This document shows, piece by piece, positions 50,505 through 60,630 of a stretch of 64,000 bases of DNA. Numbering within the stretch: the stretch's first letter is position 1; each line of letters opens with the position of its first letter. Below the pieces are notes generated by a model. The model worked only from the letters and a program-made list of their open reading frames with translations. It ran no database searches and was not told the DNA's origin. Both the position numbers and the translations under genes were made by a program. Origin of the DNA: Bacilli bacterium (lineage in GTDB: Bacteria; Bacillota_I; Bacilli_A; RFN20; CAG-826); assembly GCA_041653015.1 (NCBI GenBank), contig JBAZGG010000006.1, positions 574 to 64,573 on the forward strand, given 5' to 3'.

Positions 50505-51086
50505 ATGGACATGTTAAATAAACCAGGTTGGATCGAAGTCGTTACTGGTCCGATGTTTGCAGGAAAAAGCGAAGAATTAATACGCAGAATAAGACGATTG
50601 GAATATGCAAAAATGCATGTTTTGGTTTTTAAACCTATTGTTGATAATCGTTATTCAATTGATGAAGTTGTTTCCCATGCAAAAAATCGTGTTAAGTCGA
50701 TAGTCATTGCGAAATCGAATGAGATTTTACGACATATTAAAATGGACACTGATGCAGTTGTCGTCGATGAAGTGCAATTTCTTGATCATGAGATTATTGA
50801 TATCTGTGAATTGTTAGCCAACAGAGGTGTAAGAGTAATTGTCGGTGGTCTTGATACTGATTTTAGAGGCGAAGCATTTCCTATTGTTGCTGAATTGACG
50901 TCTAAAGCTGAGTATGTCACGAAGTTATCGGCCATATGTGTTAAGTGTGGTGCGCCAGCAACGAAAACGCAAAGAATTGTAAATGGCGTGCCGGCCTCAT
51001 ACGACGACCAGATTGTTGTGGTGGGTGCAAATGAACAGTATGAACCGAGATGCCGTCATTGCCACCAGATCGTGAAAAACAAATAG
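50505..51086 (+). CDS. tdk: Thymidine kinase
   Basis: P-loop VVTGPMFAGKSEELIRR and C-terminal zinc ribbon (CVKCG ... CRHCH). Confidence 0.9.
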   Translation: MDMLNKPGWIEVVTGPMFAGKSEELIRRIRRLEYAKMHVLVFKPIVDNRYSIDEVVSHAKNRVKSIVIAKSNEILRHIKMDTDAVVVDEVQFLDHEIIDICELLANRGVRVIVGGLDTDFRGEAFPIVAELTSKAEYVTKLSAICVKCGAPATKTQRIVNGVPASYDDQIVVVGANEQYEPRCRHCHQIVKNK

Positions 51087-51162
51087 TTTTTACCGATTTG
51101 CATTGCAACACTATAAATGTTATATTCTTTCATGCTGTTAAGCAAAGGAGTTGGTAATTATT

Positions 51163-52209
51163 ATGGACGATCCTATATCGTGGCCCTTAATAATCCTATA
51201 TATAGTTTTAATTATATTTCTTGTAGTGCTGAGTGCGTTTTTCTCGTTATGTGAAACAGCATTTGCCTGCATGAATCAATATCGAATGAAAGTGCGAGCT
51301 GATGACGGTAATAAAAAAGCTCAACTAGCATTAAAATTTTATGATAAGTTTGATAAAACGTTAATTACGGTACTCATTGGAAATAATATTGTGGCCGTCT
51401 TGGCTTCAGTGATTTCGACAATGCTTTTTGTCGGCATATTAAACGAAATGCATGTCGATCAGACAGTATCATCATTAATCGCTACCTCTGTAATGACGAT
51501 TGTTATATATCTTTTTGGAGATACCATTCCGAAATTTATCTCGAAGGCCATGCCGGATAAAATCGTTCTTCTAACAGTTTATCCCCTATCCTTTTTTTAC
51601 TATTTGTTCAAGCCTTTAAGCTTTGTTTACGAAGGACTGACAAGTCTATGCAGTAAGATATTTAAAATAAAAGAAAAACCGAAGATGACCGAAGAGGATT
51701 TTACAAATGTTGTTGAGTCCATCGAGGAAGAAGGCCTTCTTGAGAAAAATGAATCAGATATAATACAAGCGTCATTAGATTTTGTTGACAAAAAAGTTAA
51801 GGATGTTTTAACGCCTGTTGATCACATGTATGCATTGAATCTAACAAAATTGTCTCCGGATAAAATTAATAGTGCGCTGCAAAATACTGACTATTCGAGA
51901 ATACCCGTTTACAGTGGTTCTGTTAATAATATTGTCGGTATTTTACATGTAAAAACATATTTGCGAGCCTACCATCACAATCATGATGTGAAGATTGGCA
52001 AAGTTCTTCAAAGACCATTTTTTGTCTCAACGAAAATATCGATGGATGACATGATAAATGGTTTCAAAAAGTTCCATACGCATATTGCAATCGTTAAAAA
52101 TTCAGAGAACAAAGTAGTGGGTATGATCACCATGGAAGACGTGTTAGAGGAACTCGTCGGAAGCATTGGCGAACCAAATTCTTTGCTGAAAAATAAAGGG
52201 GTAAAGTGA
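51163..52209 (+). CDS. CNNM/HlyC-family transporter (DUF21 + CBS pair)
   Basis: N-terminal DUF21 4-TM region, two CBS domains, and C-terminal ITMEDVLEELVG. ATG 51163 follows RBS AAAGGAG. Confidence 0.7.
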   Translation: MDDPISWPLIILYIVLIIFLVVLSAFFSLCETAFACMNQYRMKVRADDGNKKAQLALKFYDKFDKTLITVLIGNNIVAVLASVISTMLFVGILNEMHVDQTVSSLIATSVMTIVIYLFGDTIPKFISKAMPDKIVLLTVYPLSFFYYLFKPLSFVYEGLTSLCSKIFKIKEKPKMTEEDFTNVVESIEEEGLLEKNESDIIQASLDFVDKKVKDVLTPVDHMYALNLTKLSPDKINSALQNTDYSRIPVYSGSVNNIVGILHVKTYLRAYHHNHDVKIGKVLQRPFFVSTKISMDDMINGFKKFHTHIAIVKNSENKVVGMITMEDVLEELVGSIGEPNSLLKNKGVK

Positions 52210-52210
52210 T

Positions 52211-53530
52211 ATGGATTATCTTCGCATTACCATTTTACTAATCATCCTTTTTGTTTGCCTCGTTTTTTCCGCTTTTTTCTCTTGCGCCGATATGGTGTAT
52301 TCTGTCGTAGATAAATTGCGTCTTCAAAAAGATGTTGAGAAGGGATCGAAACGCGCAAAATTAGCACTGAAATTCGCCACTGATTACGATAAGACCATCT
52401 CATCTATTATTTTCTCTAATAATCTAGTCAATATAGGCGCTTCATCAATAACTGCCATACTTGGATATCAAGTATTCTTGAGTTTTAATCAAGATTTTGC
52501 ATCGCAATGGGGTCCTTTTATAGCCGCCTCAATATTTGTGCTAATATTGATTGCTTTCGGCGAAGTTATTCCAAAGGTAATCGGCAGATCTTATTCTTAT
52601 CAATTTTCAAAGATCCTTGCTTATCCTATTAAATTCTTTATGATATTGTTTTTTCCATTCGTATTTGTTACAACTTGGCTCGGAAAGATTATCACAAAGC
52701 CTTTCTTTGACCACCATGAAAAACAAAACGATCGACAAGTGAGCGACGAAGAACTACAAGAAATGGTTTCGACGATTGAAGAAGAGGGTGTGATCGATGA
52801 AAATCAAAGTGAACTTCTCCGTTCAGCTATTGAATTTAAAGAAACTGAAGCTTATGAAATTATGACACCTCGTGTCGATGTCTTTGCTTTTGATATCGAT
52901 GACGATATTGAGAAGCTGATCAATAACGATGAGATTTTTAAATATTCTCGCGTCCCCGTTTTTGAAGGATCTCTAGACAATATCATCGGCATATTGTCGA
53001 CAAAGGTGCTGCTGAAAACAATGTTAAAGAAGGAAAAAATTGATGTGAGAAAAATTTTGGTTCCCGAAATAAATGTTCCTAGAGGCATGACAATATCTCA
53101 AATTCTTTCCATATTGAAGAAATCTCGCAGCCATATTGCGATTGTGAAGGATGAGTTCGGAGGAACTGAAGGCATTTTAACGATGGAGGATATCCTCGAG
53201 GAACTGGTTGGCGAAATATGGGATGAAACTGATGAGATAACTGAAATGGTTGTTGAGAAATCTAACAATGAATACATTATTGATGGATCGATGAATCTCG
53301 AGGATTTTTTTGAACTGGTCGGAATTGATAATGAAGAGGTTGACACAGATTATTCCACTGTTGGTGGGTGGGTGATTGATTACTTAGACCGTTTCGCGAA
53401 TAATGGAGATCATTTCGCGTACAAAAAAATCTCTGTTTTTGTTTTGAAAACTGATGAATTTACTGTAAAGCAGATAAAAGTCATTGTTCATCCAAAGAAA
53501 AGTCGAGCAAAGAAAAACGATTTAGTATAG
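52211..53530 (+). CDS. CNNM/CorC-family transporter (DUF21 + CBS pair + CorC_HlyC domain), tandem paralog
   Basis: Same architecture as the upstream gene, plus a C-terminal CorC/HlyC transporter-associated domain. Confidence 0.7.
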   Translation: MDYLRITILLIILFVCLVFSAFFSCADMVYSVVDKLRLQKDVEKGSKRAKLALKFATDYDKTISSIIFSNNLVNIGASSITAILGYQVFLSFNQDFASQWGPFIAASIFVLILIAFGEVIPKVIGRSYSYQFSKILAYPIKFFMILFFPFVFVTTWLGKIITKPFFDHHEKQNDRQVSDEELQEMVSTIEEEGVIDENQSELLRSAIEFKETEAYEIMTPRVDVFAFDIDDDIEKLINNDEIFKYSRVPVFEGSLDNIIGILSTKVLLKTMLKKEKIDVRKILVPEINVPRGMTISQILSILKKSRSHIAIVKDEFGGTEGILTMEDILEELVGEIWDETDEITEMVVEKSNNEYIIDGSMNLEDFFELVGIDNEEVDTDYSTVGGWVIDYLDRFANNGDHFAYKKISVFVLKTDEFTVKQIKVIVHPKKSRAKKNDLV

Positions 53531-53709
53531 AGTAAAAATATGTTGATAGGTCCTAGCAATAACAAGAAAATGCAAGAAAGGCCAGATAATGAGCCTCATT
53601 TTAACAAGAATAATAAAACTGATAGAAAAATTCTTGCAGCGGTTTTGCTCTCATCAATTGTTTTAATAATCTTAATCATCAGTATCATAATTATGTATGT
53701 CAGCGGTAT

Positions 53710-54609
53710 ATGGCATTAAAATACAAAAAATATCTGGATCAAAAGATTAAAGACTTCCATGGCACCAGCATATTGATTACTGGAGCCAATAGTGGAATAG
53801 GCTACGAAGCATCATTAGCTTTGGCATATAAAGGTGCACACATATATATGGCATGTCGAAATGTCGAACGTGCAGTCATCGCTAAAAAAGCAATTCTCGA
53901 AGAGGTGCCAGAAGCTCAAATCGAAATACTGCTATATGATCAAGCATCTATATCAAGCATTAAAAAACTAGCATCGAAAATCAAAGATGATGGATTCAAA
54001 CTCGATGGTTTTGTTTTTAATGCTGGGGTATATCATCCAAAAAATGGTTTAAAAACAGAAGATGGTTTCTCTTTGACGCTCGGAACGAATTATGTCGGCG
54101 CGAAAATATTATTTGAAAATTTAGAATCATATTTTGCTCAAAATAATACTAGATTAGTCTTTGTTGGATCTCTTGCGAATAAAAGAGTTTCTCCAAGGAT
54201 TATATACGCAAATATTTTTGGTGAAAAAGATTCTCTTTTTGCTCAGTACAAAATTTCTAAATATTGTATCATGCAAAATGCGTATCATTTATCTGTACAT
54301 AACAGAAACAATGTTGTCGCTGTCGTCCATCCCGGCGTTACTTCTACAAATATAATAAATGGATTTCCACGAAGATTTCAAAATGCCGCTCGCTTTGTTT
54401 TAAGGGCGTTCACGCATCCTGCCTCTAAAGCATCTTTAACAATTGTCTATGCTTTGAGCGAGAGCGTTTCTTCCGGATCATATATTGTGCCACGCGGATT
54501 ATTTCACATCGATGGATACCCCACGATATCTGCTATTCCTAAAAAGATTAAGAATAATTTTGAAAATGATTATCAGGAGATGCAACAATATTTGAAAGGC
54601 AAATTTTAA
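53710..54609 (+). CDS. Short-chain dehydrogenase/reductase (SDR)
   Basis: TGANSGIGYE (TGxxxGxG) and YxxxK (YKISKY). Confidence 0.8.
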   Translation: MALKYKKYLDQKIKDFHGTSILITGANSGIGYEASLALAYKGAHIYMACRNVERAVIAKKAILEEVPEAQIEILLYDQASISSIKKLASKIKDDGFKLDGFVFNAGVYHPKNGLKTEDGFSLTLGTNYVGAKILFENLESYFAQNNTRLVFVGSLANKRVSPRIIYANIFGEKDSLFAQYKISKYCIMQNAYHLSVHNRNNVVAVVHPGVTSTNIINGFPRRFQNAARFVLRAFTHPASKASLTIVYALSESVSSGSYIVPRGLFHIDGYPTISAIPKKIKNNFENDYQEMQQYLKGKF

Positions 54610-55175
54610 ACTGATTTGAGCGACTGTATATATTTTCTATAGACATCATCAGCAATCTCGTCGATACTCGCCTTTGACGTATCAATAACAAAATCCGTTT
54701 TCCCTATATTATTAAATGAAAAATCGACTCTATCGTTTAAGATTCGACTTTTTGCATTATTTGCATCATCGCCACGAGAGAGCATTCTTTCTAATCTAAT
54801 CTTCTCGTCAGCGTACATTAAAAAAGAAATTATTCGCTTGTTGTTCAGCTTCTTGAATGCTTTTAAACCATTCGGATCGACAATAACGGCTTTTCCATCA
54901 GCGATTTGTGCCTTTGAACATCCATAGTAATTGTCGTTATATAGGGTGTGTTCAGCGAAAGCATCCTTCAAAAGTAATTTTTCAAATTCTGCCTTTGCTA
55001 CAAAAAAGTAGTCTACACCATTTTTCTCATCTTTGCGCATCGGTCGAGTCGTGTGAGTAATCGCTTTTACAATGCCATATTTTTTTGCTAATAATTTGGC
55101 AACTTCAGTTTTGCCACTCGCTGATGCGCCAACTAAAATAATCATGCTTTGATTATAATGTTTCTCATCTCTCAT
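54606..55175 (-). CDS. Guanylate-kinase-like P-loop kinase
   Basis: VGASASGKT P-loop and TTRPMRKDEKNGVDYFFV guanylate-kinase signature. The true start may be the internal Met at 55145. Confidence 0.55.
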   Translation of the reverse strand: MRDEKHYNQSMIILVGASASGKTEVAKLLAKKYGIVKAITHTTRPMRKDEKNGVDYFFVAKAEFEKLLLKDAFAEHTLYNDNYYGCSKAQIADGKAVIVDPNGLKAFKKLNNKRIISFLMYADEKIRLERMLSRGDDANNAKSRILNDRVDFSFNNIGKTDFVIDTSKASIDEIADDVYRKYIQSLKSV

Positions 55176-55252
55176 TTAAAGTTTTTTCAAAATTCTTGTA
55201 TATATTCTCTCTTAATGAGAAAATATAAAAGCGGTTTTATAAAGGAGAATAT

Positions 55253-55954
55253 ATGGGAAAAATCATGTATACTGCTGAACTTGATGAATTATGTCAAGTT
55301 CATAAAGGTTGTGACCATGGTCCAGCTCCAATTCCTGAAGAGGGACAATGGGTTAGAAGCAAAGAAATTACTGACATTAGCGCGTTAAGCCACGGAGTTG
55401 GCTGGTGTGCGCCTCAGCAAGGGGCATGCAAATTGACACTAAATGTCAAAAGCGGAATCATCGAAGAAGCTTTGGTTGAAACCATCGGTTGCTCCGGAAT
55501 GACTCAATCTGCTGCTATGGCAGCGGAAATACTTCAAGGAAAAACAATTCTTGAAGCGCTTAACACTGATTTGGTGTGCGATGCCATAAACGTTGCGATG
55601 AGAGAAATATTTCAGCAACTCGCCTATGGTCGTTCACAGACAGCATTTTCGGAAAATGGTTTGCCAGTCGGCTCATCATTGGAAGATTTAGGCGGTGTCT
55701 TAAGAAGTCAAGTCGGAACTATGTGGGGAACGAGGAAAAAAGGCGTTCGATATCTCGAGATGACGGACGGATACGTTCTCGAGCTCGGACTAGATAAGAA
55801 TAGTGAAGTGATCGGATATCGCTATGTCAATCTTGGGAAAATGATGAAATCTATTAGAACGGGTGTCGATCCAAAGACCGCCTATGAAAAAGCCATCGGA
55901 ATTTATGGTCGTTTTGCAGAAGCCGTCAAAGTTATTGACCCTAGGAAGGAATAA
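55253..55954 (+). CDS. Hypothetical protein with a divergent NifU/IscU-like Cys motif region
   Basis: RBS AAAGGAGAATATATG. Segment ETIGCSGMTQSAAMAAEILQGKTILEAL resembles the IscU C-terminal Cys/helix. Weak. Confidence 0.3.
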   Translation: MGKIMYTAELDELCQVHKGCDHGPAPIPEEGQWVRSKEITDISALSHGVGWCAPQQGACKLTLNVKSGIIEEALVETIGCSGMTQSAAMAAEILQGKTILEALNTDLVCDAINVAMREIFQQLAYGRSQTAFSENGLPVGSSLEDLGGVLRSQVGTMWGTRKKGVRYLEMTDGYVLELGLDKNSEVIGYRYVNLGKMMKSIRTGVDPKTAYEKAIGIYGRFAEAVKVIDPRKE

Positions 55955-55960
55955 TAATTT

Positions 55961-56965
55961 ATGCAACCTGTAATTGAAAATTATGATCGTCGCAGAGAAA
56001 AAATTGAACTCTGCATGAAGGAATATGGCATCAAAGATTTTGATGATGCAAAAGCTATTTGCAGCAGCAGAGGAATTGACCCCTACAAAATTGTTAAAGA
56101 AACGCAACCGATTGCCTTTGAAGATGCCGGATGGGCTTATACGCTCGGATGTGCTATCGCCATTAAAAAGGGAGTGAAGACGGCTCCTGAAGCTGCTGAA
56201 GCAGTTGGAATCGGTTTACAATCTTTTTGTGTGCCTGGAAGCGTGGCTGAAATTCGTGCAATTGGATTAGGACATGGCAATTTAGGCGCGATGCTGTTGA
56301 GAGAAGAGACGAAATGTTTCTGCTTTTTGGCTGGCCATGAAAGCTTTGCCGCAGCTGAGGGTGCGATAAAAATTGCCCTCAATGCTAATAAAGTTCGCAA
56401 GAGTCCGCTTAAGGTCATTCTCAATGGATTAGGAAAAGATGCCGCTTATATTATTTCACGAGTCAACGGTTTTACTTATGTTGAAACCGATTATGATTTT
56501 AAAAATGATAAAGTGTGTATCATTCGTAAAGTTTCATTTTCTGATGGTCCAAGAGGGCAAATTTTATGCTATGGAACAAATGACGCTCTTGAGGGTGTCG
56601 CGATAATGAAATTAGAAGGTGTAGATGTTTCTATAACTGGAAATTCTACAAATCCAACAAGATTTCAACATCTAGTTGCTGGAATCTATAAAAAATGGTG
56701 TTTCGAACATAATAAGAGATATTTTTCTGTCGCAAGCGGTGGTGGAACTGGAAGAACGCTTCATCCAGACAATATGGGTGCCGGTCCTGCTTCCTATGGA
56801 TTCACTGATAGTTTAGGCAGAATGCATGGCGATGCTCAATTCGCTGGCAGTTCAAGCGTTCCCGCTCACGTTGAAATGATGGGATTTATCGGCATGGGGA
56901 ACAACCCAATGGTCGGTGCTACTGTCGCTGTCGCTGTTGCTATTTACCAAGCGATGAAAAAATAG
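55961..56965 (+). CDS. Conserved hypothetical Gly-rich protein
   Basis: 7 nt after the upstream stop. Motifs GGGTGRT and GFIGMGNNPMVGATVAV. No family recognised. Confidence 0.3.
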   Translation: MQPVIENYDRRREKIELCMKEYGIKDFDDAKAICSSRGIDPYKIVKETQPIAFEDAGWAYTLGCAIAIKKGVKTAPEAAEAVGIGLQSFCVPGSVAEIRAIGLGHGNLGAMLLREETKCFCFLAGHESFAAAEGAIKIALNANKVRKSPLKVILNGLGKDAAYIISRVNGFTYVETDYDFKNDKVCIIRKVSFSDGPRGQILCYGTNDALEGVAIMKLEGVDVSITGNSTNPTRFQHLVAGIYKKWCFEHNKRYFSVASGGGTGRTLHPDNMGAGPASYGFTDSLGRMHGDAQFAGSSSVPAHVEMMGFIGMGNNPMVGATVAVAVAIYQAMKK

Positions 56966-57078
56966 TCTTCATATAACGAGCCTCGGTTTTTTAAATGAAT
57001 TGAGGCTTTTTATTTTTGAAAAAGTGGGCACACTATTTTTTTCGATGACTAATAAGATAATAGGGAAGGAGAAATATA

Positions 57079-57426
57079 ATGGACACAAATGCTAAGACAT
57101 CAAATTTGAGAACAATGTCTCAGATGATGCTATCTATCGCTGAAAGCTATTTTGCCAGCCTTGATGCTGTTTTAAAAGGAGAAAAAAGAATAGTCTCTGT
57201 CTTGTCTGACAGCGAATCAAATGCTCGTTTTGAAAAACATAGAATGATCATTAAAGTTGTCGAAGACATATTCACAAAACTTGATCCGATTTCTCGAGAA
57301 ATAATTAACAACGATTTTTTTCATAACGAGAATAAGTTTTGGTGGATTAAGATTTATCCAACTTCAACATACTATCGTTTAAAAAACACTGCGCTGCGTG
57401 AATTTTTAGAATTGTATTCTAACTAA
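57079..57426 (+). CDS. Hypothetical small protein, first gene of the pilus/secretion operon
   Basis: RBS AGGGAAGGAGAAATATAATG. Followed 5 nt later by the next ORF. Confidence 0.35.
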   Translation: MDTNAKTSNLRTMSQMMLSIAESYFASLDAVLKGEKRIVSVLSDSESNARFEKHRMIIKVVEDIFTKLDPISREIINNDFFHNENKFWWIKIYPTSTYYRLKNTALREFLELYSN

Positions 57427-57431
57427 TTTAT

Positions 57432-58490
57432 ATGTTAAAAACAAAGACTGTTATCGCAATAGTTGTTTTTGCTGTGGCCGCTGTTGGGAGTGGTATTTAT
57501 AAAGCGAATAGTCCACTTTTCTATTTTTATGGCGAGAGTGGTCCTCTGCGCTTTGGAGAGAAAAATAACCTTCATTTTTTTGCATGTAATCGATCTACAA
57601 AAATAACGAATATGTCATTATGCGCTTATATTACAAACTCGAATGGAGTTGAAACGCGTTTTTATTATCAAATTCCTAAAACATATAAAAATTATGAGAA
57701 AAAGGAATACACGATTGAAATATCTTCTTCCTTACTTAAACTAGGAATTCAAACAATAAGACTGGCTTTGCTGAATTATGGTAATGTTTATCACCAGACA
57801 GCTTTCAGACTTTTTTGCCGGAATTTTTCATTAGATAGAACGGTGATACAACCAGATCAACTCGATAGCGATTATGTCGGTTTTCAAGATTATGTTAAGT
57901 TTAATTCTCTTGCTTCTCACTCTTACTATCGAGATATTTTTTCTTTTGAGGATTTTACCCCATTCAAAACGAGAAATTATTATCATCGCCTCGACATCTC
58001 ATCATTTTCGTTTTTCTTTTATAACGATTATTGTGAGAACAACTTATCGTATGAAAATTCGTACTTAGAAATTGAAGAAAATCAAAATCTGCAATTATAT
58101 CGATATGTATCGCCTGACAACTATAGTGGTTTTCGAAGGTTGAGTACGAAAATTGAAAGAGATCCGCTTTTTAATAATCACTATACAATAAAGCTTGATC
58201 AAAAATTATATGTTAATCCTCACACCTTAATCATGTCATCAACACAGCTCAGCGGTTTTGTTGAAACTCGGTATTTTTACTTTCCCAAAGCATATTATGA
58301 TGACTGCCATATCACTAATTTTCGGCTTGTGATAACAGGTCTTACTATTAATTATTACGATTTAAAATATTCGTTCACTTATGAGACAGATAAACCATTG
58401 TTGGGTAATTGCTCAATCGCTCAGTATTGCATAGAAACAAGCATTGGTGCCGACACCTCGTTTCCTTCTTATCAAGAGGTAATCAAGTGA
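57432..58490 (+). CDS. Hypothetical secreted protein
   Basis: N-terminal signal/TM segment. Ends with TGA overlapping the downstream GTG start (GTGA). Confidence 0.4.
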   Translation: MLKTKTVIAIVVFAVAAVGSGIYKANSPLFYFYGESGPLRFGEKNNLHFFACNRSTKITNMSLCAYITNSNGVETRFYYQIPKTYKNYEKKEYTIEISSSLLKLGIQTIRLALLNYGNVYHQTAFRLFCRNFSLDRTVIQPDQLDSDYVGFQDYVKFNSLASHSYYRDIFSFEDFTPFKTRNYYHRLDISSFSFFFYNDYCENNLSYENSYLEIEENQNLQLYRYVSPDNYSGFRRLSTKIERDPLFNNHYTIKLDQKLYVNPHTLIMSSTQLSGFVETRYFYFPKAYYDDCHITNFRLVITGLTINYYDLKYSFTYETDKPLLGNCSIAQYCIETSIGADTSFPSYQEVIK

Positions 58491-58885
58491 TTAACGTAAT
58501 TTTTTATCTGATCATTCTGGGAATGTGTCTAAATACTTTTTCTTTGTCGCTATCATTCGGCCATGTCAATCGTAGTTTTTTAATGCTCGCATGTGCCATT
58601 CCGGAGTCGAGTGTTGTCGTGACTGATGACCTAGAGCCATATTCGCCGTATTACGATGAGGAATACTTTCAGTTTCTTGTTAAAAACTATTTGCAAAACG
58701 AAATCACAGATTATGTTGATTCTGCTGAAGTTCGATACTTCTACTATTATCCAGAAGATGAATCGATGTGTACAGATCATCACTGTCAAGGCGCCTCAGT
58801 TACTTTAATTGCAAAAATAAAACTAATTTTTACTTATGAAAAAACATTGACATTTTCAATTCTTAAGGGTGATTTATATGAATAA
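58487..58885 (+). CDS. Hypothetical small secreted or membrane protein
   Basis: GTG start overlapping the upstream TGA, RBS AAGAGGT 8 nt upstream, hydrophobic N-terminus (VINVIFYLIILGMCL). Confidence 0.35.
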   Translation: MINVIFYLIILGMCLNTFSLSLSFGHVNRSFLMLACAIPESSVVVTDDLEPYSPYYDEEYFQFLVKNYLQNEITDYVDSAEVRYFYYYPEDESMCTDHHCQGASVTLIAKIKLIFTYEKTLTFSILKGDLYE

Positions 58886-59918
58886 GAAATTGCTTGAATA
58901 CATCGATTCATCATTTCTTGCTCCTTTGCTATTGTCATCGTCGATTACTGACATTTCTTATAATGGCGTCGATTTGTTTTATCAAGACAATGAAAAGGGC
59001 AGGCAAAAATCAGATATAAAAATAGAAACGCATCTCGCCATGGATTTTATCAGACAAATTGCGAATTTGAGCGAGCAGCAGTTTTCATATTCGAATCCGA
59101 TTCTCGATGTGAGCGTTGGTCGATATAGAATTAATGCTGTTCACGGAGCAATAGTTCGAGTAGAAAATGATAGAGCAGTATCTTTTTCTATCCGAATAGC
59201 CTCATCTAAATTGCGAATATCTGATGATAACTCGTTTATGCCTCACGAGATATATTCGTTGTTGTTAACGCTTATAAAATGTCATATTTCGCTTGTTATT
59301 GGCGGTGAAACAGGCACTGGTAAGACAGAACTTCAGCGATTATTGCTCAGTCATGTTGAAAAAAACGGAAGAGTTATTGTTATCGACAATATCCAGGAAC
59401 TAGAGGCTATAAGGCAGAATGCAGACACAGATATTACTTCCTGGCAAGTCAATGATTCTATTCTAGATGCTTCTTTTGAAAATCTGATTAGAAATGCCAT
59501 TCGCTCAAATCCTGATTGGCTCATCGTTGCCGAAGCGCGCGGAAAAGAGATGAACGATGTCTTGAATGCCGTCATGACTGGTCACCCAATTATCACAACG
59601 ATTCATTCAAAAGATATTCACTCTATGCCGTCGAGGATGGCGAGGATGGTCATGATGAAAAATGATCTTGTCACCTATGATTCAATTATGGATGATATCG
59701 CCAAGCATTTTCCAATTCTTCTTTATTTATCACGAGTCGTGATCAATGGTAAAATATTCAGATATTTATCCGAAATTGGCGAGTTTTGTGAAGAAACCAA
59801 ACGCGTCTCGCTAATTTATGAAAAAAAGAATGGCAAAGGCAAATTCTTTCCCATCAGCAATAGAATGGCACAATTTTTAAAAAATGCTAATTTTTCAGAG
59901 GAAATGATTCATGAATAG
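58869..59918 (+). CDS. VirB11/CpaF/TadA-family secretion ATPase (T2SSE superfamily)
   Basis: Walker A GGETGTGKT, Asp-box/Walker B WLIVAEARG, His-box TGHPIITTIHS. 349 aa. Confidence 0.75.
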   Translation: MIYMNKKLLEYIDSSFLAPLLLSSSITDISYNGVDLFYQDNEKGRQKSDIKIETHLAMDFIRQIANLSEQQFSYSNPILDVSVGRYRINAVHGAIVRVENDRAVSFSIRIASSKLRISDDNSFMPHEIYSLLLTLIKCHISLVIGGETGTGKTELQRLLLSHVEKNGRVIVIDNIQELEAIRQNADTDITSWQVNDSILDASFENLIRNAIRSNPDWLIVAEARGKEMNDVLNAVMTGHPIITTIHSKDIHSMPSRMARMVMMKNDLVTYDSIMDDIAKHFPILLYLSRVVINGKIFRYLSEIGEFCEETKRVSLIYEKKNGKGKFFPISNRMAQFLKNANFSEEMIHE

Positions 59919-60630
59919 AAATCTGTATTTAACCGCTGTTGCAATTTCTGTTATTTCATCGATTGTAGCCTATGTTGCAACATCTAATATTTACGTATGT
60001 TTTGCTATATTACTCGTATATTTATTCTACCTAATTTTTTCTGTAAAAAACGTATTGATCTGTTATAAAAATCGACTTGATAGAATTCACGAATGTTTCA
60101 ATTTCACAAATAGCTTCATCATCTCATTGAGCGTTAACAATTCGCTTCAGGCCGCTTATGAATGTGCAACTCTAAATGCAAAAGGCTACTTGCTTGATGA
60201 AACAAGCCACATCGAACATCTTCAAATAAATGAGCGTATTAATTATTTATCCAATTATTTCTCGTCCGATATCTACAAGATGTTTTTAAACATTATTAAC
60301 GCATATGAAGATCAGGGAGGGAATATATTGACGATGAGCGAAACATTAATCAAGGAATTGACTAGAATTGAAAATGAGACAAATGAATATTCATCATTGA
60401 GCAAAAAGCGAATTATTGAGTTTTCTTCATTGTGGATTTTAACATACGTCATCTTGCTTTTTGTTCGGTTTGCTTTGTCTCAATTTTATAATCAAATCTC
60501 TGCTTCACCTCTTTTCGTTGGATCAATCTGCATCTTTTTCGTCTTCGTCTTAATTTCCATTCATTTAATGATAACAATATTCACGCAGATAAATTTTGTT
60601 CTGAGGAGGAAAACTAATGAAAAAGTTTAA
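59911..60630 (+). CDS. T2SSF-domain (TadB/GspF-like) membrane protein
   Basis: TM-cytoplasmic-TM topology. Overlaps the ATPase gene by 8 nt. Confidence 0.5.
   Translation: MNRNLYLTAVAISVISSIVAYVATSNIYVCFAILLVYLFYLIFSVKNVLICYKNRLDRIHECFNFTNSFIISLSVNNSLQAAYECATLNAKGYLLDETSHIEHLQINERINYLSNYFSSDIYKMFLNIINAYEDQGGNILTMSETLIKELTRIENETNEYSSLSKKRIIEFSSLWILTYVILLFVRFALSQFYNQISASPLFVGSICIFFVFVLISIHLMITIFTQINFVLRRKTNEKV

Noticed and set aside
55149-56107. ORFs 55149-55388, 55576-55797 and 55790-56107 overlapping the gmk-like and IscU-like genes
   Set aside because: Alternative frames or antisense of better-supported ORFs. No independent signals.
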